The notes under the pieces were generated by a model, which made no database searches, was not told where the DNA came from, and saw only the letters and a list, made by a program, of their open reading frames with translations. A stretch of 64,000 nt of DNA from an uncultured Candidatus Rokubacteria bacterium (GTDB lineage Bacteria; Methylomirabilota; Methylomirabilia; Rokubacteriales; CSP1-6): the NCBI GenBank assembly GCA_963789955.1, contig CAWBMV010000037.1, positions 384,001 through 448,000 of the forward strand, in the 5' to 3' direction. The position numbers and the translations under genes were made by a program. Below are positions 62,458 to 64,000 of this stretch, one piece after another (the stretch's first letter is position 1; each line of letters opens with the position of its first letter).

Positions 62458-63700
62458 CGTGCTCGGTTCGCTCGACTGGGTCTCGCGCGATCTTCGCCCG
62501 ATCCTCACCCGGGCCCTCGACGGCCACGAGGTGTCGATCGAGGACGGCATCGCGCTCACCGGCGCCGAAGGGCGCGACTTCCACGCGCTGACCCTGGTCG
62601 CCGACGAGCTGCGCCAGCGACAGGCCGGCGACGTCGTGACGTACGTCGTGAATCGCAACGTCAACTTCACGAACGTCTGCATCAAGCACTGCACCTTCTG
62701 CGCGTTCAGCCGCGACCACCGCGAGGAGGAGGGCTACTTCCTCCCGGTCGCGGAGGTCGTGCGGCGCGCCCAGGAAGCGCGCGACCTCGGCGCCACCGAG
62801 GTGTGCATCCAGGCGGGGCTGCCGCCGAAGCTCGACGGGCGCTACTACATCGACCTCGCGCGCGCGATCACGACGGCGCTGCCGGAGCTGCACATCCACG
62901 CGTTCTCGCCGGAGGAAGTGCTGTACGGCTCGGTACGCTCCGGGCTGCCGATCCGCGAGTACCTGAGCGAGCTCAAGGCCGCGGGGCTCGGCACCCTGCC
63001 CGGCACGTCGGCGGAGATCCTCGACCAGGCGATCCGCGACGTCATCGCGCGCGGCCGGATCACCGTCGAGCAGTGGGTCGACGTGATCACGACCGCGCAC
63101 GCGCTCGGCATCCGGACGACCTCCACGATCATGTACGGCCACGTGGAGACGCCGGCTCACTGGATCCGTCACATGGCGCTGCTGCGCTCGATCCAGAAGG
63201 ACACCGGCGGCTTCACCGAGTTCGTGCCGCTCTCGCTCATCCACTCGGAAGCGCCGATGTACTCGAAGGGGCTCGTCCCCGGCGTGCGGCCCGGCGCCAC
63301 CGGCGCCGAGGTCATCAAGATGCACGCGCTCGCCCGCCTGATGCTCGGCGCGACGTTCCGCAACATCCAGTCCTCCTGGGTCAAGGAAGGACCGAAGCTC
63401 GCCCAGCTGCTGCTCGGCGCGGGCGCCAACGACCTCGGCGGCACCCTGATCAACGAGTCGATCTCCACGTCGGCCGGCGCGCAGTACGGTCAGCTCGTCG
63501 GGCCCGCCGAGCTGCATCGACTGATCCGCGACGTCGGGCGCGTGCCCGCGCAGCGCGACACGCTGTACGGGCTCATTCGAACCTATAGAGACGGCGAAAA
63601 CCCCGATTCACCCCTGGACAAGGTCGACGACGCGGAGGCGCGCTTCGGCTCGTATCGCCGATTGATCGCTTCGGGAGAGTTCCGCTTCACGCGCGGCTAG
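62435..63700 (+). CDS. cofH: FO synthase subunit 2
   Basis: TYVVNRNVNFTNVCIKHCTFCAF, PGTSAEIL, TIMYGHVE, FTEFVPL, IQSSWVKEG, NDLGGTLINESI; follows cofG. Confidence 0.92.
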   Translation: MNAGVAGSVLGSLDWVSRDLRPILTRALDGHEVSIEDGIALTGAEGRDFHALTLVADELRQRQAGDVVTYVVNRNVNFTNVCIKHCTFCAFSRDHREEEGYFLPVAEVVRRAQEARDLGATEVCIQAGLPPKLDGRYYIDLARAITTALPELHIHAFSPEEVLYGSVRSGLPIREYLSELKAAGLGTLPGTSAEILDQAIRDVIARGRITVEQWVDVITTAHALGIRTTSTIMYGHVETPAHWIRHMALLRSIQKDTGGFTEFVPLSLIHSEAPMYSKGLVPGVRPGATGAEVIKMHALARLMLGATFRNIQSSWVKEGPKLAQLLLGAGANDLGGTLINESISTSAGAQYGQLVGPAELHRLIRDVGRVPAQRDTLYGLIRTYRDGENPDSPLDKVDDAEARFGSYRRLIASGEFRFTRG

Positions 63701-63775
63701 CCGCGCGGGTAGGCCTGTGGTAATAATGCAGTTCGCGTTCAATCACCACTATCCTCGATCGACAGGAGGTCACCT

Positions 63776-64000
63776 GTGCCGAAGACGATGACGAAGTCTG
63801 CGACGGTCGCGTACCTTGCGGAGAAGACCAGCCTCACCCGGAAGCAGATCGAGGGTATCCTCGACGAGACGCTCAACCTCGCCTCCAAGGAAGCGAAGAA
63901 GAGCGGCGTGTTCCTCCTGCCGGGCTTCGGGAAGCTGGTGCTCGCGAACCGCAAGGCACGGATCGGACGCAACCCGCAGACCGGCGAGCCGATCAAGATC
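63776..64000 (+). CDS. hup: HU family DNA-binding protein (partial, runs off the window)
   Basis: AGGAGG then GTG; MTKS...LPGFGKL...RKARIGRNPQTGEPIKI. Confidence 0.92.
   Translation, partial: MPKTMTKSATVAYLAEKTSLTRKQIEGILDETLNLASKEAKKSGVFLLPGFGKLVLANRKARIGRNPQTGEPIKI

Overview
High-GC, gene-dense bacterial chromosomal segment. Gene content, GC-rich palindromic repeats and small DRR-motif proteins suggest Rokubacteria/Methylomirabilota (inference only). Many genes, including normally essential ones (nadE, mnmG), carry single-base frameshifts, most likely long-read indel errors. Left to right: gabD, an amidase, PDZ/LON-N/Mrp genes; a flavin reductase-DegT-GT4-msbA operon; NHL, VOC, hydrolase and PaaI genes; an internally deleted F420-type LLM gene; nadE; DUF2652, LOG and EamA genes; an fdrA-DUF1116-molybdopterin large subunit operon; a sigma-54 island (two small paralogous DRR proteins, pseudo-receiver activator, wHTH, YvcK, polysaccharide deacetylase, Udk-like, truncated PrsK-like, PrsR-like); a TAXI binding protein; pit/DUF47. 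A roughly 24 kb nitrogen supercluster follows: urease with a Ttr-like GNAT, urtABCDE, an ANTAR regulator with a candidate dual-hairpin target, glnA-amtB-glnK, an NtrC-like activator, a 101-bp tandem repeat forming a chain of ATGA-coupled mini-ORFs, and a rewired GlrK/QseG/GlrR-like kinase cascade. The window ends with mnmG, LLM-cofG-cofH and a partial HU gene. No rRNA, tRNA, CRISPR array or transposase was recognised.
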